The translations under genes and the position numbers were made by a program. Under the pieces are notes generated by a model, which was given only the letters and a program-made list of their open reading frames with translations, was not told the DNA's origin and ran no database searches. DNA of 64,000 bases from Neolecta irregularis DAH-3 (Eukaryota), in assembly GCA_001929475.1 (NCBI GenBank), contig LXFE01000157.1, positions 62,001 to 126,000 on the forward strand, given 5' to 3'. This document shows, piece after piece, positions 49,287-63,053 of the stretch (position 1 is its first letter; each line of letters starts with the position of its first letter).

Positions 49287-51415
49287 ATGAAGAACTGGGT
49301 CTTCGCTACCATCTCCAGCTATCTGCTGGCTGGTTCGTTCCTGTCGGGCGGCTATGTGTCCGCAGATGAGCAGCTGAATTACGGCACCGGTACTTGTGGC
49401 CTGCTTTTTCCCAACACTGACATCCAAGTTATTGGAATTGATCTTGGTACTACCTATTCTTGCGTAGGTGCCATGAAATCCGGTCGAGTAGAAGTATGTC
49501 TATCCTGCTATGCGATAACCAACATCTAGATTATTGTGAATGATCAGGGCAGCCGGATTACACCATCTTATGTTGCTTTCACGGAAAATGAGCGGCTTGT
49601 AGGAGAAAGCGCTAAAAATCAAGCGGCGGCTAATCCAGAAAACACTATTTTTGATATCAAGTTCGTCAGTATTGTGCATGTTGTACTGACTTGTTTAGGC
49701 GTTTGATGGGACGGCGATTCAATGAGGCAGATGTACAAGATGATTTAAAGCACTTTCCTTTCACAGTCGTCGAACAAGACGGAAAACCGGTTGTCGAAGT
49801 CAAAGTTAAGGGAGATAACAGACGTTTCTCGCCAGAAGAAATATCCGGCATGATCCTTGGCGCTATGAAGAAAACCGCCGAAAGTTACCTTGGAGTCAAC
49901 ATTACTTATGCTGTCGTTACAGTTCCTGCTTACTTCAATGATGCTCAGCGCCAAGCTACCAAAGATGCTGGTGCAATTTCTGGTCTTGTCGTCCTGCGAA
50001 TCGTCAACGAACCTACAGCCGCAGCTATCGCTTACGGTCTTGATAAAAAAGAGGGTAGCAATCAAATCATTGTCTTCGATCTTGGTGGTGGTACTTTTGA
50101 TGTCTCGCTCCTGAGTATTGAAGAAGGTGTTTTTGAAGTTTTAGCCACTGCTGGAGATACCCATCTTGGAGGAGAGGATTTCGACAATCGCGTCATCCAA
50201 CACTTTGTTAAACTATACAATGGCAAATACAATGTCGATATCTCCAAGGATAATAGAACTTTGGGTAAACTCAAACGCGAAGTCGAGAAAGCAAAACGTA
50301 TCTTGAGTTCACAGATGAGTGCCAGGATCGAAATCGAAGCTTTCTTTGAGGGCAAGGACTTTTCTGAAACCCTCACTCGGGCCAAGTTCGAAGAAATTAA
50401 TCTCGACCTATTTAAGAAGACCATCGAACCCGTCAAAAGAGTGCTCAAAGATGCAAACGTCAAGATAAGCGAAGTGGATGATATCGTCCTAGTCGGTGGT
50501 TCCACCCGTATCCCCAAGGTTCAGCAGCTCATAGAGGACTACTTCGGTGGTAAGAAGGCTTCCAAAGGAATTAACCCCGACGAAGCCGTCGCATATGGCG
50601 CTGCTGTTCAAGGTGGTATTTTGAGTGGCGATGAGGGCGTTGATGACCTTGTTCTTCTTGATGTCTGCGCTCTCTCTGTGGGTATCGAAACTACTGGCGG
50701 AGTCATGACTAGTATCATCAAGAGGAACACTCCTATCCCATCCCGAAAACAACAGATGTTCTCTACTGCTGTTGACCAGCAACCGAGTGTACTCATCAAG
50801 GTTCATGAAGGAGAACGAACTCTTACTAAAGACAACAACTTCCTCGGTAAATTCGAGCTTGGCGGCATTCCACCTGCGCCCAGAGGCGTTCCACAAATCG
50901 CTGTTACATTTGAAATCGACGCTAATGGTATTCTCAAGGTTACCGCTGAAGATAAAGCTGCTGGAAATACTGAAAGTATCACCATAACCAACGACAAAGG
51001 AAGACTTTCTAAGGAAGAAATTGAGCGGATGGTGACAGAAGCCGAAGAATTTGCAGAAGAAGATAAACAGAATCGTGAAAGAATTGAGGCCCGAAATGGT
51101 CTCGAGAATTACGCCTACTCTTTGAAAGCTCAGGTCAACGATGAAGAAGGTTTGGGTGGAAAAATCAGTGCGGAAGACAAAGAAGCTATTCAAAATGCTG
51201 TGAAGACTGCTATTGAATGGCTCGATGAACACGGCTCTAGTGGTGCAAAAGAAGATTTCGAAGAACAAAAGGAGGCTCTATCCAGTGTTGCCTATCCAAT
51301 TACCAGCAAGCTTTGTATGGCTCCTATTTACGAGCATTTCTGACTGGATTTTTTAGACGAAGCAGCTGGCGGATCAGAATCAGACGAGGAGCCATCTGGT
51401 CATGACGAACTCTGA
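49287..51415 (+). CDS. KAR2: ER Hsp70 chaperone BiP, multi-exon
   Basis: Signal peptide, [42 protein letters not shown]-terminal HDEL*. Confidence 0.97.
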
Positions 51416-51492
51416 TATATATAATATATATTTCGCTGCGACGTTAGTCAATAGAGCTTTCAGTTTCCTAAATATATATTGAGCGGCATCTA

Positions 51493-54373
51493 TTACTGAT
51501 GTATTGACAATAATTCTTTTACAATGCCAGCGGCCAAAGTTTCTCCTTCATTGCGCAGTATGATCCGACCGAAGTCCTTGTTTATGCTGTATATTTCCAG
51601 TTGCATGCCCTTTCCCAAAATAGTTAACTCTACAAATGCAGCCATTCCATTTGAGAGATACCTAGGATATTAATAAACCCAAATATGACTGTTGAGCAAG
51701 GTCATACCGTGGATTCTTCTTTACTATTGTTCCGGTCGTTTTGTCGACGACAGAAATAAGTTTTGATATAATTGCTGGCTCTTCTGTTCTGCCCCTATGA
51801 ATGACCACAGTTCCACCCAATGTCAAAGGCCGAGACATGTCGAATGTGATTATACGCGCCTCAATAACCTTGACGATTTGTATGGGACTGCACATATCGC
51901 AAAGAACATCCCCAACCCTGCTGGTCAACAATTCTTTTAGAGGCACTACAAACCTTAAATGCGCAATATCAAATCCAGTTATTCCGATGATAACATTATT
52001 CCCAGCGGCGGCGACGGTTCGATCTTCATCATCTACCTCGATCGTTTTGACAACGGCTGAGTCATCACAGGTCGGGCACACCACCGGGTCACCTACTTGT
52101 ATATGCCCGGAAGCAACACGGCCAATGATATTGATTGATGCCCCACTTTGGCTGCCTTTGTACAGATCCGATATTGACAACCGGAAAGGTTTATCAACAT
52201 CCCTTGAGATTTGGTTTGTGCTTTCTATAGAGTTACGCCTGAAAAATAAATAAAGGGTACCTATTTCTTCAAGAACAGATTTTTGGGCAGGCCATGAAGA
52301 TAATTGTACAGGCTTTGTAGTAATGTTGCCCCCAGTCAGTCCGCTACATGGAACAAACTTCAAATTTGTCGAATCGAATCCCACACGAGAAAGAAACTCA
52401 TTCATCTGTATACGAATTGTGTCAAACCGTTCTTTCGACCATTGAACCTCCGATTTTAAGCTTGGTATCTTTGCTCAACTTACATTGTCAAGTTTATTTA
52501 CTGCAACGAGCAAAGTTTGTACTCCAAGGCTGCGTGCCAGTAATGCATGCTCTTTCGTCTGGCCGTGTAAATGAAATCCAGATTCAAATGCGCCTGTAGA
52601 ACCATCGACTACAAGAATGGCAAAATCGGCCTTGAATAAGTTAGCTGTGATAAGGAATAACAGGAACATAGCTGTGAGGCACCAGCAATCATATTTGGTA
52701 CGAAGTCTCTGTGACCCGGCGCATCTAATAAAGTGTATGTACGCCCTCTGATACTGAACCTCCGGATCCCAATATCGATGGTTACTCCGCTTGTATTTCA
52801 GTTCATCCTCGTAATTTAAACGAACCGATTACGTTCTTCTTCTGTTCCATCGAGCAACCACGCAAGCGCAAAAGACGATTTCCCGATTTTACCGCTCTCT
52901 TGATGGAGCTTTTGCATTGTGCGTTTTTCAACTTCTCCAAGGTCGTGGAGCAACCGGCCGATCATTGTGCTCTTTCCAGCGTCTACATGGCCTGCTTGTA
53001 AGTGCTGTCGGTGATTATGTAATGCATACCAATAACAACAAAGTTTACATTATTATCCCGTCGAAGGGCTCTCAAAGTATCCCCATCGATCGGGTTTTTC
53101 TTGAGCACTTTACGCATCGGAACTGGATTTACTGGCACATTGCCGAGGCCCATGGTTTTCATGGGCCCAGTGAGAGTATCTCCACCTGTCGTTGGGGGTT
53201 TCCGAACATCTCTAGTCACCACTCGTGAAATTGCTAAAAGTAAGTGAAAGCCGAGACGGAGATCTACGTGATGTTGGGTCTGGTCGCTTATGTTTGGGAA
53301 TGGAAGATGTAAATGCAATTTTGGAGATTTGTGGGGCTAAAGGGAAAACAAAGCGATGATCAGCCTTTATTCCAAGTGAAGTTTGAGAAAAAGATTTGAG
53401 AATTATAGAAGTGGCAAAGTCAGAGGCGGTTGCAAGAAGTTCAGGCACTTGTGTTGGAGGATTCGGAGGAATATCTCGATTATCTCGTTTCTTGGGTTGC
53501 TGAGAGACAAAACCGAGTTCCGACTTTTGTTTTCGGTGATCCACAATGGGATTTTTAATTCCTTGGGAAGGTGTGATGATCTCTTTGTGAGAAGTTTCGT
53601 GCGTCAATGATTTTGACTTCCCAAACATCGCTACTGAAGACAACGCGCTAACTCTTCCAGTGGAGGAATTCACAGAAGTTCCTCGCGACTTCGCCAAAGC
53701 AGAAAGTTTAGAGACTTTTTTATTGGGCGACTCATTGTGAGGCGATCTCTCCTTGGAAAGTAACATTCCAGCGTGTTCATCATGGAGTTGACGTGGTTTG
53801 AGAATTGCAAGATCTTGTTGAAGATTAATCGAATCCTCCAATTGCGAAGAGACACGCAGTGCACCTTTTGTAACGGTAAACAATCCTCATAGAAGTAAAA
53901 TCGAGAGATATTTACCCGAAGCTTTCTTATCTGGAGACCTCGATTTTGAAACGGGGTTACGCTCTGCGTTATTCTGATTCGGTCGTTTCTTCACTTGCTG
54001 GACTAAAAATAAGTGCTAGGAAATGAAATCCGCAATACTGAGTAACCAGTCTATAGCCTTGTGAACATCGAAATAATAATACCAGAGGGCATCTTTGATT
54101 TCTTTCTCTGATATTCCTGTCCCATCTAATGTTTGGCAAGTTTGAGAGTAGGCATTCTCCAGTTGCTCTAAAGATCTTCAATAGATATAATACAGGAAGC
54201 ATTACCAGCTTCCTCTTCCGTCATTTCTGTTTGGGTCAGCAAATGCCGCTATTCTGTGTAAACCTGTATGTTCGTCTTCACAACTTTCGGCCAACACATC
54301 TGGTAGTGAGAAATTTTAGCAGACATAGTTTACCACCAACATCGAGATTCCTCACGGCGCGATGTCGGCTCAT
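51493..54373 (-). CDS. HBS1: Hbs1-like translational GTPase (Hbs1/Ski7 locus), multi-exon
   Basis: [12 protein letters not shown]1_N motif [72 protein letters not shown]. Confidence 0.93.
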
Positions 54374-54498
54374 ACCCTACCGAGAATGGCCAGGACGATG
54401 TTGATTTGCAGAAGAGCTGGGGTGCCTACAAGACACGTGAACAACGTCATCAAATAAAGCATTCAATAAATAATGTTTAAGCCCGATCCAAATCCAAT

Positions 54499-56631
54499 TT
54501 ACAGATCAATTAAAGAAACTTCTTCCACATGTCTTGACCTTGTCGGTTGTCCCACCTGCTGATCAGAACCTCCAGCGTAATACTCCGGAATGAGCTGTGC
54601 CTGAGACGAAACTTGAAAAGGCCTAGTTGTTGAGCCGTGCTGGTGTGTCGCAGAAATATTCTGCACGGATGAAGCTGACCCGTCATTCCGAGTTATCTGA
54701 TATGGAGGGAACTGAGAATCTAATAGACGGTCATTTGGATATTGGGAATACGAAGATGCAAGAACTGGCGCTACAGGTACTGTGTCAACTTGAGCTGAGT
54801 TCAGGTAAGTATTTGATGTTGGATACTGAGAGACGAATGGAACTGGGCTGAATGTATCAGCAGTGTGCTCTGCCAAAGCCGGTTGAGGATAATCTGATCT
54901 AGTGCTTAATAGTTCGCGTTGGTTATAACTAGTGGAGTTTGACCGAATGGGATTGTCCGAACGATCAAAGTAAGAAGCAGAAGCCGCTTGCGAAATGTTT
55001 TGATGGGGAAGATACTGCTGAGGAGCCGATAGCATGTACGAGGAATAACGGCCTTGTCGTCCAATAGTCGTCATAGAAAATCTGGATTCAAGGAGCTGAT
55101 CATAAATATGAACAGCTTTTCCGATCTGAGAATGCATCCTTAGTAAAGTTTCTACATCAATTTAATTTTCACCTTGCAAGGGTATTCACCATGTTTATTC
55201 ATAGTTTCAGCAAGTGCACGGGCAAGTTTTGGTCTAAGAGCACCAATAGAATCGTGCAATTCCTGAATTTGGGGTTCTTTCGTCACTGTTCCAATAGGAG
55301 CAGACTTCAAGCGCTCTATCAGAGTACTGAAAAGGGTGATACTTTCAGTCTCTACTGGTGAGAGGTCGTACAAAACTACAGTCTACCCAGTTAGACTGGA
55401 CGACATGAGTACCATACTTTTGTTGATGAATGCGATTTGTATAGCGGTGACTGTGTAGGTGGTTCAACGACGACCTTCTTCTTTGCCTCCTCAACATCGC
55501 GAAGTGATGCCTGAATGGCGGCCTCGAGATCGTCATCTTTAGGTTTAGATGTGGTTTTAGGTTGGTAGCTGCTAGAACGGGCAGGAGCAGGTTTGGAGAT
55601 TAGATCGATTTTCGTGCTATCTTCTAAGCTCAGACGGAGTGCTGTTTTCAAGTCTTCGTCATCTTCCGCGTCTTCGCGAGCTGGTGGTGTTGCTGGAGTC
55701 TGTAAAAGCGGTCGTGTACCAGTTTGGTGTTTGAGTTTTTGAGCATTTCTGGGTTCAGTTTGTATAATGTGACATCCATCACAGACACGGACAGGTTGTA
55801 CAATGCCAAGACGGGGGAGAGGAATAGTTTTTGCTGAGCAGACCCCGCAGAAAACATTTCCGCAATTCCGGCAGTGATGCTTGCGATTGGTAAAAGTGAA
55901 CGGTATTCTACATCTCATGCAAACATCAGAATCAATCCATTCGGGCGGCTGGGTTTAGTTAGCTACCTCCGTATGAGAAAGATATTACAGCAATTGTATC
56001 GACGTATGATGCTGTGATTTCCTGTACCGTGGGAAACTCAAAACCTATTCATAAGATTCATGTCAAACATCGTCCAGTTGATGCCTTCATACTTCAACGA
56101 TTTGACTGCCTCTTCAACGTAGTGCAGGTGGGGTTTGCCTTGAAAGGCCAGTACCCATACCTGCATCAATTCCAGAATCCTGGACTTCACTTCAGCATTG
56201 GTGAATACCTACAAGTTAGCCACTAGATCAGCAGCAAGGATACCGTTGACTTGAGCAGAGAGGACATATTATCTATAAACTCTTTGGACGCCACCTCCAC
56301 GAGAAAGTGATCTCCGCCGTTCTTGACACAGGCATCGATGAGCTGTAGGTAAGCAATTCCTAGAAGTATGGTACGACGAATACCCGTAGAGTAGACAGTT
56401 GGACATTGGGGTTCTTATTCTCCAGACGCCGTTTCAGAGCCTTCATGGCGTCCTTGGGGGCTACAGACTTGCTCCTGATCTGATCGCATATCTCGAGAGT
56501 AAGGGCCCAGTCTTCGAAACCGGAAGGCAATGTTTCAGAGGTGGCCTTATCTGTGCAGGTTAGGCAGGTGAATACGCGCACAGGGAGATACCGATGAGCT
56601 CATCGAGAGGATTCGAGGACCACCAGGACAT
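54499..56631 (-). CDS. VPS27: ESCRT-0 subunit Vps27 (VHS-FYVE-UIM), multi-exon
   Basis: [63 protein letters not shown], UIMs [12 protein letters not shown] and [11 protein letters not shown]. Confidence 0.95.
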
Positions 56632-56816
56632 TGGATATGGCGGTTAGGGAGCGCATATAGTCAAGTGCCGGTATGCATGTAGCACTCACTCAGGAAACAT
56701 ACATGGACTATTTCTCAGTCTACTGGGGACTGCTGCCTGTGTAATACTGCTGCAGAAACAGGACGGCTTCTGTTTGGCATATCCTGACCCTCCTAACCCG
56801 CCTGCAAGCTTGCAAT

Positions 56817-59800
56817 ATGGCTGCCTTGCCGCCCTCCCTTAACCCGCGCTGCATTCCAGACATCAGTGCGCGTGCTCTCAGCGAAATACGCAACGAGCGC
56901 ATCCTGCTACAGGCTTCTGCAAGATCGCTCTGCGCCCGGGCGTATGGTTATTTTGCACAGGTACGATCTCAGTCACCACCACCCTTTGTTCACTCCACCA
57001 GGCACAGGAAGCCTCAAACACAGGCAAGCACGAGACTGCCTATTTCTATTATCTAAAATGTGGACTGTTTGTTGCGATAGTACACATCACGCACGGCTGA
57101 TTGTAAAGTATCATCGAAGAGGTCCCCACTCGCAAAGATTTCTACAAGTGGAAGGAAAAGAACGATGATTCCCTCAACGACTATCTAATCGTGAGATCGG
57201 TTGGCGCACTGCCTCGACCCATTGTTGATCAAAGGTCACCCGAGACAGGATTCGTAAATTGGCCAAGCTGCTTGCTCAGCCATCTTCCGATGCGGGTTCG
57301 GACAAGGCTTCTCTTCAAAGTTTTAAAGATCCCTCTGGCTTGGATGATCAACCTCAAACACGTTCTGCAGAAGAACAAGGTATTGCCCTTTTGTGTTTTT
57401 TTCCAACCAAAGTCATCTATCCTCGGCTTTCGCAGCGAGGTTTCCAAATATATAAGACCTCTTTAATATGCATAGATGTTCCAGACGCATGGATCGTAAC
57501 ATCAGCTTCAAATGATTCGGATAACGGCAGCATTTATCGCAATCGCCTTCGCGATGGTACCTTGCAGTTGTAATGCATATGCTTAATACTCAGCTACGGA
57601 ACGCCAACGAACTTCTCAAACTAGTTCGAATTCCTCAGCAGATGACCACTTGCTTCAACGATTCGAAAAACTCTCTATCAAGAAACACGAGCCCAATAAT
57701 GTGGATCTCAAGGGGTCGCAAGTTTTGCCTCTTAATTCCACTGATTCAAACGTTGTTTTTAATTGCCTTCCTAGGTCTTCTCTCGAGAACTTCAAGAATT
57801 ATAACCTCTCTGAAATCTCTTCAATTACACAAACACCGCTTCAAGCCCGTCATCCTATCTCTAATGCTGATCCACCATCTGCAGCACACGATCATTCCAT
57901 CTCGGATTTTTGGGAGGAAGAACCGCATATACCCGCACTTCTCCCGGACAAATTCGCTCAAACGAACGTCATTACAGTGGCTATTTTGCATTCTTACCTT
58001 TTTGACCGGAGCCCGAAGCCGTCCATCTTGTTTATCGATGTGAGAGATCGGAAACTTTTCGAGAAGTCTAGGATTCGAGGACAACACGTCGTCAATGTGG
58101 AACCCATCATATTATCAGAAGGTATTACCGGCCCAGAGCTTGAGAAAGCTCTTTGCCTAGCAACAAGAAGAGAACAATATTTATTTTCCTCCAGATCGCA
58201 GTTTGATATAGTCGTTTATTACGACCAATCGAGTAGAATAAATCAAGTGACTGGAGGACCACTGGATGAGGAACATGCGCGGATTCTCCATACATTGGCT
58301 CAGGCAATCTTTGAATACAATGGCTATCTTAAGCCCCTTAAGAGGATGCCGTTGTTCCTTCTGGGCGGCTTGGATCGTTGGATTGCACACATTGGTGAAG
58401 ATGGTCTGGATCGGACTCTACTACCAACAAAGGAGTATCGCTCGGAACTTCCATCTACTCTGTCCGATGGACAGGAATTGCAGCCATCGAATGTTCGCGA
58501 GCCTCGTCGGTACACTCTTGAGCAAGATCTCCCTACAGGAGTTGAGATAGATCTTGATGCTGAAATTAAATGGTTGCAGCAGCTGCAAACTGAAAAGTAT
58601 TTATCCAAAGATGAAGTTTCTTACCGACTTGTAGAGCAGGTGAGCTTGAGCAAACGCCGAGCAACGACTACAGACCCAACAAGAAGAAAATTCATCGGGC
58701 TGCCTCTATTATCCCCAGCAGCGACTCTGGATATGCTCGCACTATTACAGACTATGTAAGTTTTCTGGAATTATAAGGTTCTGACAACACAGTTACAACA
58801 ACCTAATGGAATTAGTTCTCCATGTGTGGTGGATTCTGATAATGGCTATCATTCAATCTATACTGCCAACAAGACTGAAGATCACCCAGTTTCACCCACT
58901 TCTCTAGACTGGCATCCATCAGGCCCCAATCGTGTTCTCCAGAGATCAAGAACCATTTTAGATCACCCTTTTCACGGGTTTTCCAAACTCCAAGATGTTC
59001 GCTCCAACGAAGAGACGCCGAGTGCTGAAATACCCCTGACTGCAACCGATATGGGTAACTCACCTAGGCCTAAAGCCGATAGCCTGCCACCGAAAGTACC
59101 AGAGAAACGAAGGATGAATTCATTACAATCTCGTCAGCCATCATCTACGTTACCTGCAATAAACACTGGACTAAAGAATCTCGGGAATAGTTGTTACATG
59201 AATGCTGTACTTCAGTGTCTGAGTGGCTCAGTACCACTATCGAGATATTACAATGGTAAAAGAACCATGCATGAGAAATCTTGAACTATAGATGGAAGTT
59301 TCAGACGTGAGATTGCGCGGAACAATCCACTTGGAAGCCAGGGCAAATTATCAGAAGCCTACACCAATGTTTTAAAACATCTCTGGTCTTCAAATTATAC
59401 ATTTGTATCCCCTGTCACGTTCCGGGTAAGTCGATTCCTTTGATTCCTCTAATTTCGAAAGGATTTAATTGGTCGCATGAACTCGCAATTTGGTAATGAC
59501 GATCAACAAGATGCTAGCGAATTTCTTTCGTTTCTGCTTGATGCTCTGCACGAAGATACGAACCTTGCATTTGATCGATCTAAATTTCGAGAATTGACTA
59601 AAGACGAAGAAGACAGGCGTAATGGATTGCCAATTCAGGTTGTTTCTCCAATAGAATGGTCCCGCTATACCCATCGTAACTCGAGTCGGATAGTCTCATT
59701 TTTCCAGGGCCAGTTACTTAGTCAACTGAAGTGTTTGTCCTGCAACTACAAGTCTAGCTCATACAGTGCATTCTCCATGCTGAGTTTACCCTTGGCCTTG

Positions 59801-60337
59801 AATGCTCATCATGGAAAAAGTTCTATCTACGACTGCTTGGGGATGTTTTTACAGCCTGAAATATTGCGCGGGGAGAATTCCTGGTATCCTCCCTTCAAAT
59901 ATTCAAGTGCTAAGTTTGGCAGGCTTTGTCCCAAGTGTAAAAAGCCAAGAGAAGCCTCCAAACAGTTGATGATCACGCGCCTGCCACCACTATTGATTAT
60001 CCATTTGAAGCGCTTTTCAATGAACGGGCGTTGGCGAGACAAGTTAAACATGCCAGTTGAAGTTCCGCTCCAGACATTAGACCTTTCTCCATATGTTGTC
60101 CCCGAGGCTAATTCAACTCATGGCCATGATTCACTTGGAACCCTGGAGACTGTCTGTTATGGGATGATAATTCATCATGGTCAAGGTCTGACCTCGGGCC
60201 ATTATACCGCGTATGTTCTCGACGAATCGAATCAATGGTGGCATTTCGACGATACACGAGTATCCAAAGTTTCTGAGGAGGAGGTTTTCAAGGCGCAGGC
60301 ATATATAGTGTTTTACAAGCGAAAGGCTATGGTTTAG
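56817..60337 (+). CDS. DOA4: Ubiquitin C-terminal hydrolase Doa4/Ubp4 (rhodanese + USP), multi-exon
   Basis: ILFIDVR rhodanese, LLGGLDRW, Cys box TGLKNLGNSCYMNAVLQCL, QQDASEFL, His box GLTSGHYTA..WWHFDD. Confidence 0.9.
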
Positions 60338-60461
60338 ATTTTGGGGTGGAGTTTGGGTGATTGCAACATGACCGTACATTATATGAAAAAAAAGTTCCAG
60401 TAATATCATATTTGAAAAGTAAGAGAAAAACACCGATACAAACACCCACCCGCCCGTAGCA

Positions 60462-61512
60462 TTATTCCCAGTCATCGTCACTGCCTTCAGCCGACTATAT
60501 TGTGAAAAAAAATCTTTACAAATGCCATACCTTTACTGGTTCCACAGGATTGACGACATCATAGCTACCATCACTGGAGAGTCTGGAATTTCGACTCTCT
60601 GGTTTCAAGGTAGCTGTACTCGATATAATATTCTCATGGGAAGGGCAAGTAGATTTCTTGCTCTGCTCATTTTCGTCATCAGAGTCCCAGTTTATATCTT
60701 CCTCAGGCGACAAGACTTGGATCAGTCTACATGGATAATGTCAAATCACCTGGAGGTACTCTATCCTTCTCGTAGATTTTTCGATTGAACAGGTATCGCA
60801 TCCAAAAAGTGTTATGCGAGACTAAATCGATGGGCAACGCTGCCCTCATCTTTACAATTTCAGGGATCCGTTTAAGCTCTTCGATTTTCTCATCATATTG
60901 ATCGATCGTAAAATCAGCCTTCCATTTGGGATAGTCCTCGTGAGATGGGTCGACGGTATAAGTCTCTTTGCTAATATTTAATACGTGTAGCTGGGAATCG
61001 GTTCTTTATCAGTGGATGTAGAGATAGGAGGGATACGGTTCAGCAATGTTGGCTTCGAATAATAAATTGGCGGTTTCTTCCTGTGGGCTTGTGATGGTAA
61101 CCGCGTCCTTTATAAAGGCACCTAAACTCGCACGAAAACCGCGAAGGTATGTTTCTGCAGACTGCTCGACCTTTTCGAGATCTTTTAGAGATACACGTTG
61201 TGCGGACTGAACAAGACTAGCAATACGCGAAGAGGGGGCTGCCTCGTTTCCAGAGTTGCTATCGACAGTTGAACCACTACGAGAACGAGAGATTGACTCT
61301 GAGATTTCCGATTTCAGTTCGGTAATCTCCATTTTGGCACGCTCTTCGATGTGATGGTAAGCACTAGTCAACGTCTGACCCCACGACGATGAGGCGAAGG
61401 AATGGAGGGCTGACTGGACTTCAGACTTGAGCTCTGGAGTTTTATCGGGTTCATCTTGAATATCTTGGGATGACAGGGACTGTTCCTGGACGTGGTCGAA
61501 TACGACGTCCAT
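60462..61512 (-). CDS. DOS2: BSD-domain protein (Dos2-like), multi-exon
   Basis: SSSWG N-terminal motif, BSD-like exon ending in FW.RY, EEDINWDSDDE, SSDGSYDVV, DDDWE*. Confidence 0.75.
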
Positions 61513-61655
61513 GGAGGTTGTTTGGTGTACGAATGCAGCGACCCTCCTTCTGCGACAGTTGCAAGGTCTGGAGAATATTATTTCATAAACACAAACATGA
61601 AAGAGCTACAAATGCTTTGCAGACCGACTCCAAACCCATGAATACCATTCCTTTC

Positions 61656-62997
61656 CTATTTCCAAACATCCGCCGTGGAGAACAGTCCATCATCTCCAAA
61701 CGCTGCAGTGCTCGCTGGCTTGGCATGGTCCGTTCCAGGTGAGTGAATATCTTGAAAGGACCCGAAATCGTCATCATCAGTGGCAGGGGATTCCCATGCA
61801 TTCCCAAACCCGGCTGCTACTCCAGTGTTTGGTGCAGATTTCATTGGCCGAACGATACCGTCAAACCCTGATAATTTAACTTTTGGCTGAGATGGCGATA
61901 ACTGGGTTTTTGGGAGCGCTTCTGGAGAGACACCCCAAGCCGATGGTGACTTGATAGCCGTTGGAGAAGTAGAGTTTGATGGGATAGAGGAGGATCGCTT
62001 AGTCGGACTCACAGTAGTATTAAATGCGCCTGCGAGACCAGTGAATGCCCCGAGAGTGGTATGAGATCCAGCCGATTGCAGAGACATTGCCTGGGAGGCA
62101 GGAGATGAAGACGGGGCAGCACACGTTTTAGAATATAGCGACAAGATTGAGGTTTTGAGCTCTGAACGAGAGGGTTGGTTAACTGAAGGTCGAGTAATAG
62201 GAGCAAGTGCTTGAGCCGGCGAATTCGACCTGGAAGGATCGAAATCTAGCAGCGAACTAGAAGACTTTGAGATTTGAGGGGCGGCAATAGTAGATTTCTG
62301 GGCAGTGATGGGAGGAGGAGTGTTTGACAAGAGATCTCTATCTAGATTTGACGAAGTGGCGAGCAAACTGGACCTTTTCGAGGGACGAACTGCTGCATCG
62401 ACATCCTATCATCAGCAAGCTAGACAGGGAAGAGCCGTACTCTATCATCGTCAAAAATGGAAGTATCTTGTGGGATTCCGCTGGCTAGAGCCCATCTCTT
62501 GGAATCATACTTTGTCCGTATAAAGTTCTCCATTTTACTAAGTTAGCAATGATAAAGAAAGCAGTACCTATCTGAAGGGACGTGCCCTGGCGAAAGGCCT
62601 GCTTCCCAGTATCTAATGTCAACGATGCCATTTTCAGGGAATCTACTTGTTTGCTCTCTTGTTGCCCCATTTTATCATGCTCTTTAATTGGTCGTCGGTC
62701 CAGGTATCAAGGTCGACAGATTTCACTGCTACTCAGCAGATAAAGGGGGATGCGCAACCTCGTGATATATGAGTTCCCAGGCTCCTGTGGATTCCAGCGC
62801 ATCTGGTATTGTGAGACCGGATGGCAGGGGGCATACCGAATGCACATGAAGACGCCGATATTCCAACTAGCCCATCGCGGATGGTCATTTTTCTTGCAAT
62901 CCGCACAAAATCTGTTGGTTTGGAGCAGTTTATCCAGGATGAGCTTCGAGCGCTCCTGTTGGGATTTGTCTGCGGATCTGGCGAACCGAGTAGACAT
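61656..62997 (-). CDS. AGE2: ArfGAP (Age2/SMAP-like), multi-exon
   Basis: [58 protein letters not shown], DVWK*. Confidence 0.85.
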
Positions 62998-63053
62998 TGT
63001 GATCGGAGGCGAGTGGAAGATTCAACACCACTGCGGTCCCCTCTGCGTACCAA

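Noticed and set aside
50489..51268. 259-aa antisense ORF within BiP
   Set aside because: Long antisense ORFs are a known by-product of Hsp70 codon usage; there is no independent evidence for expression
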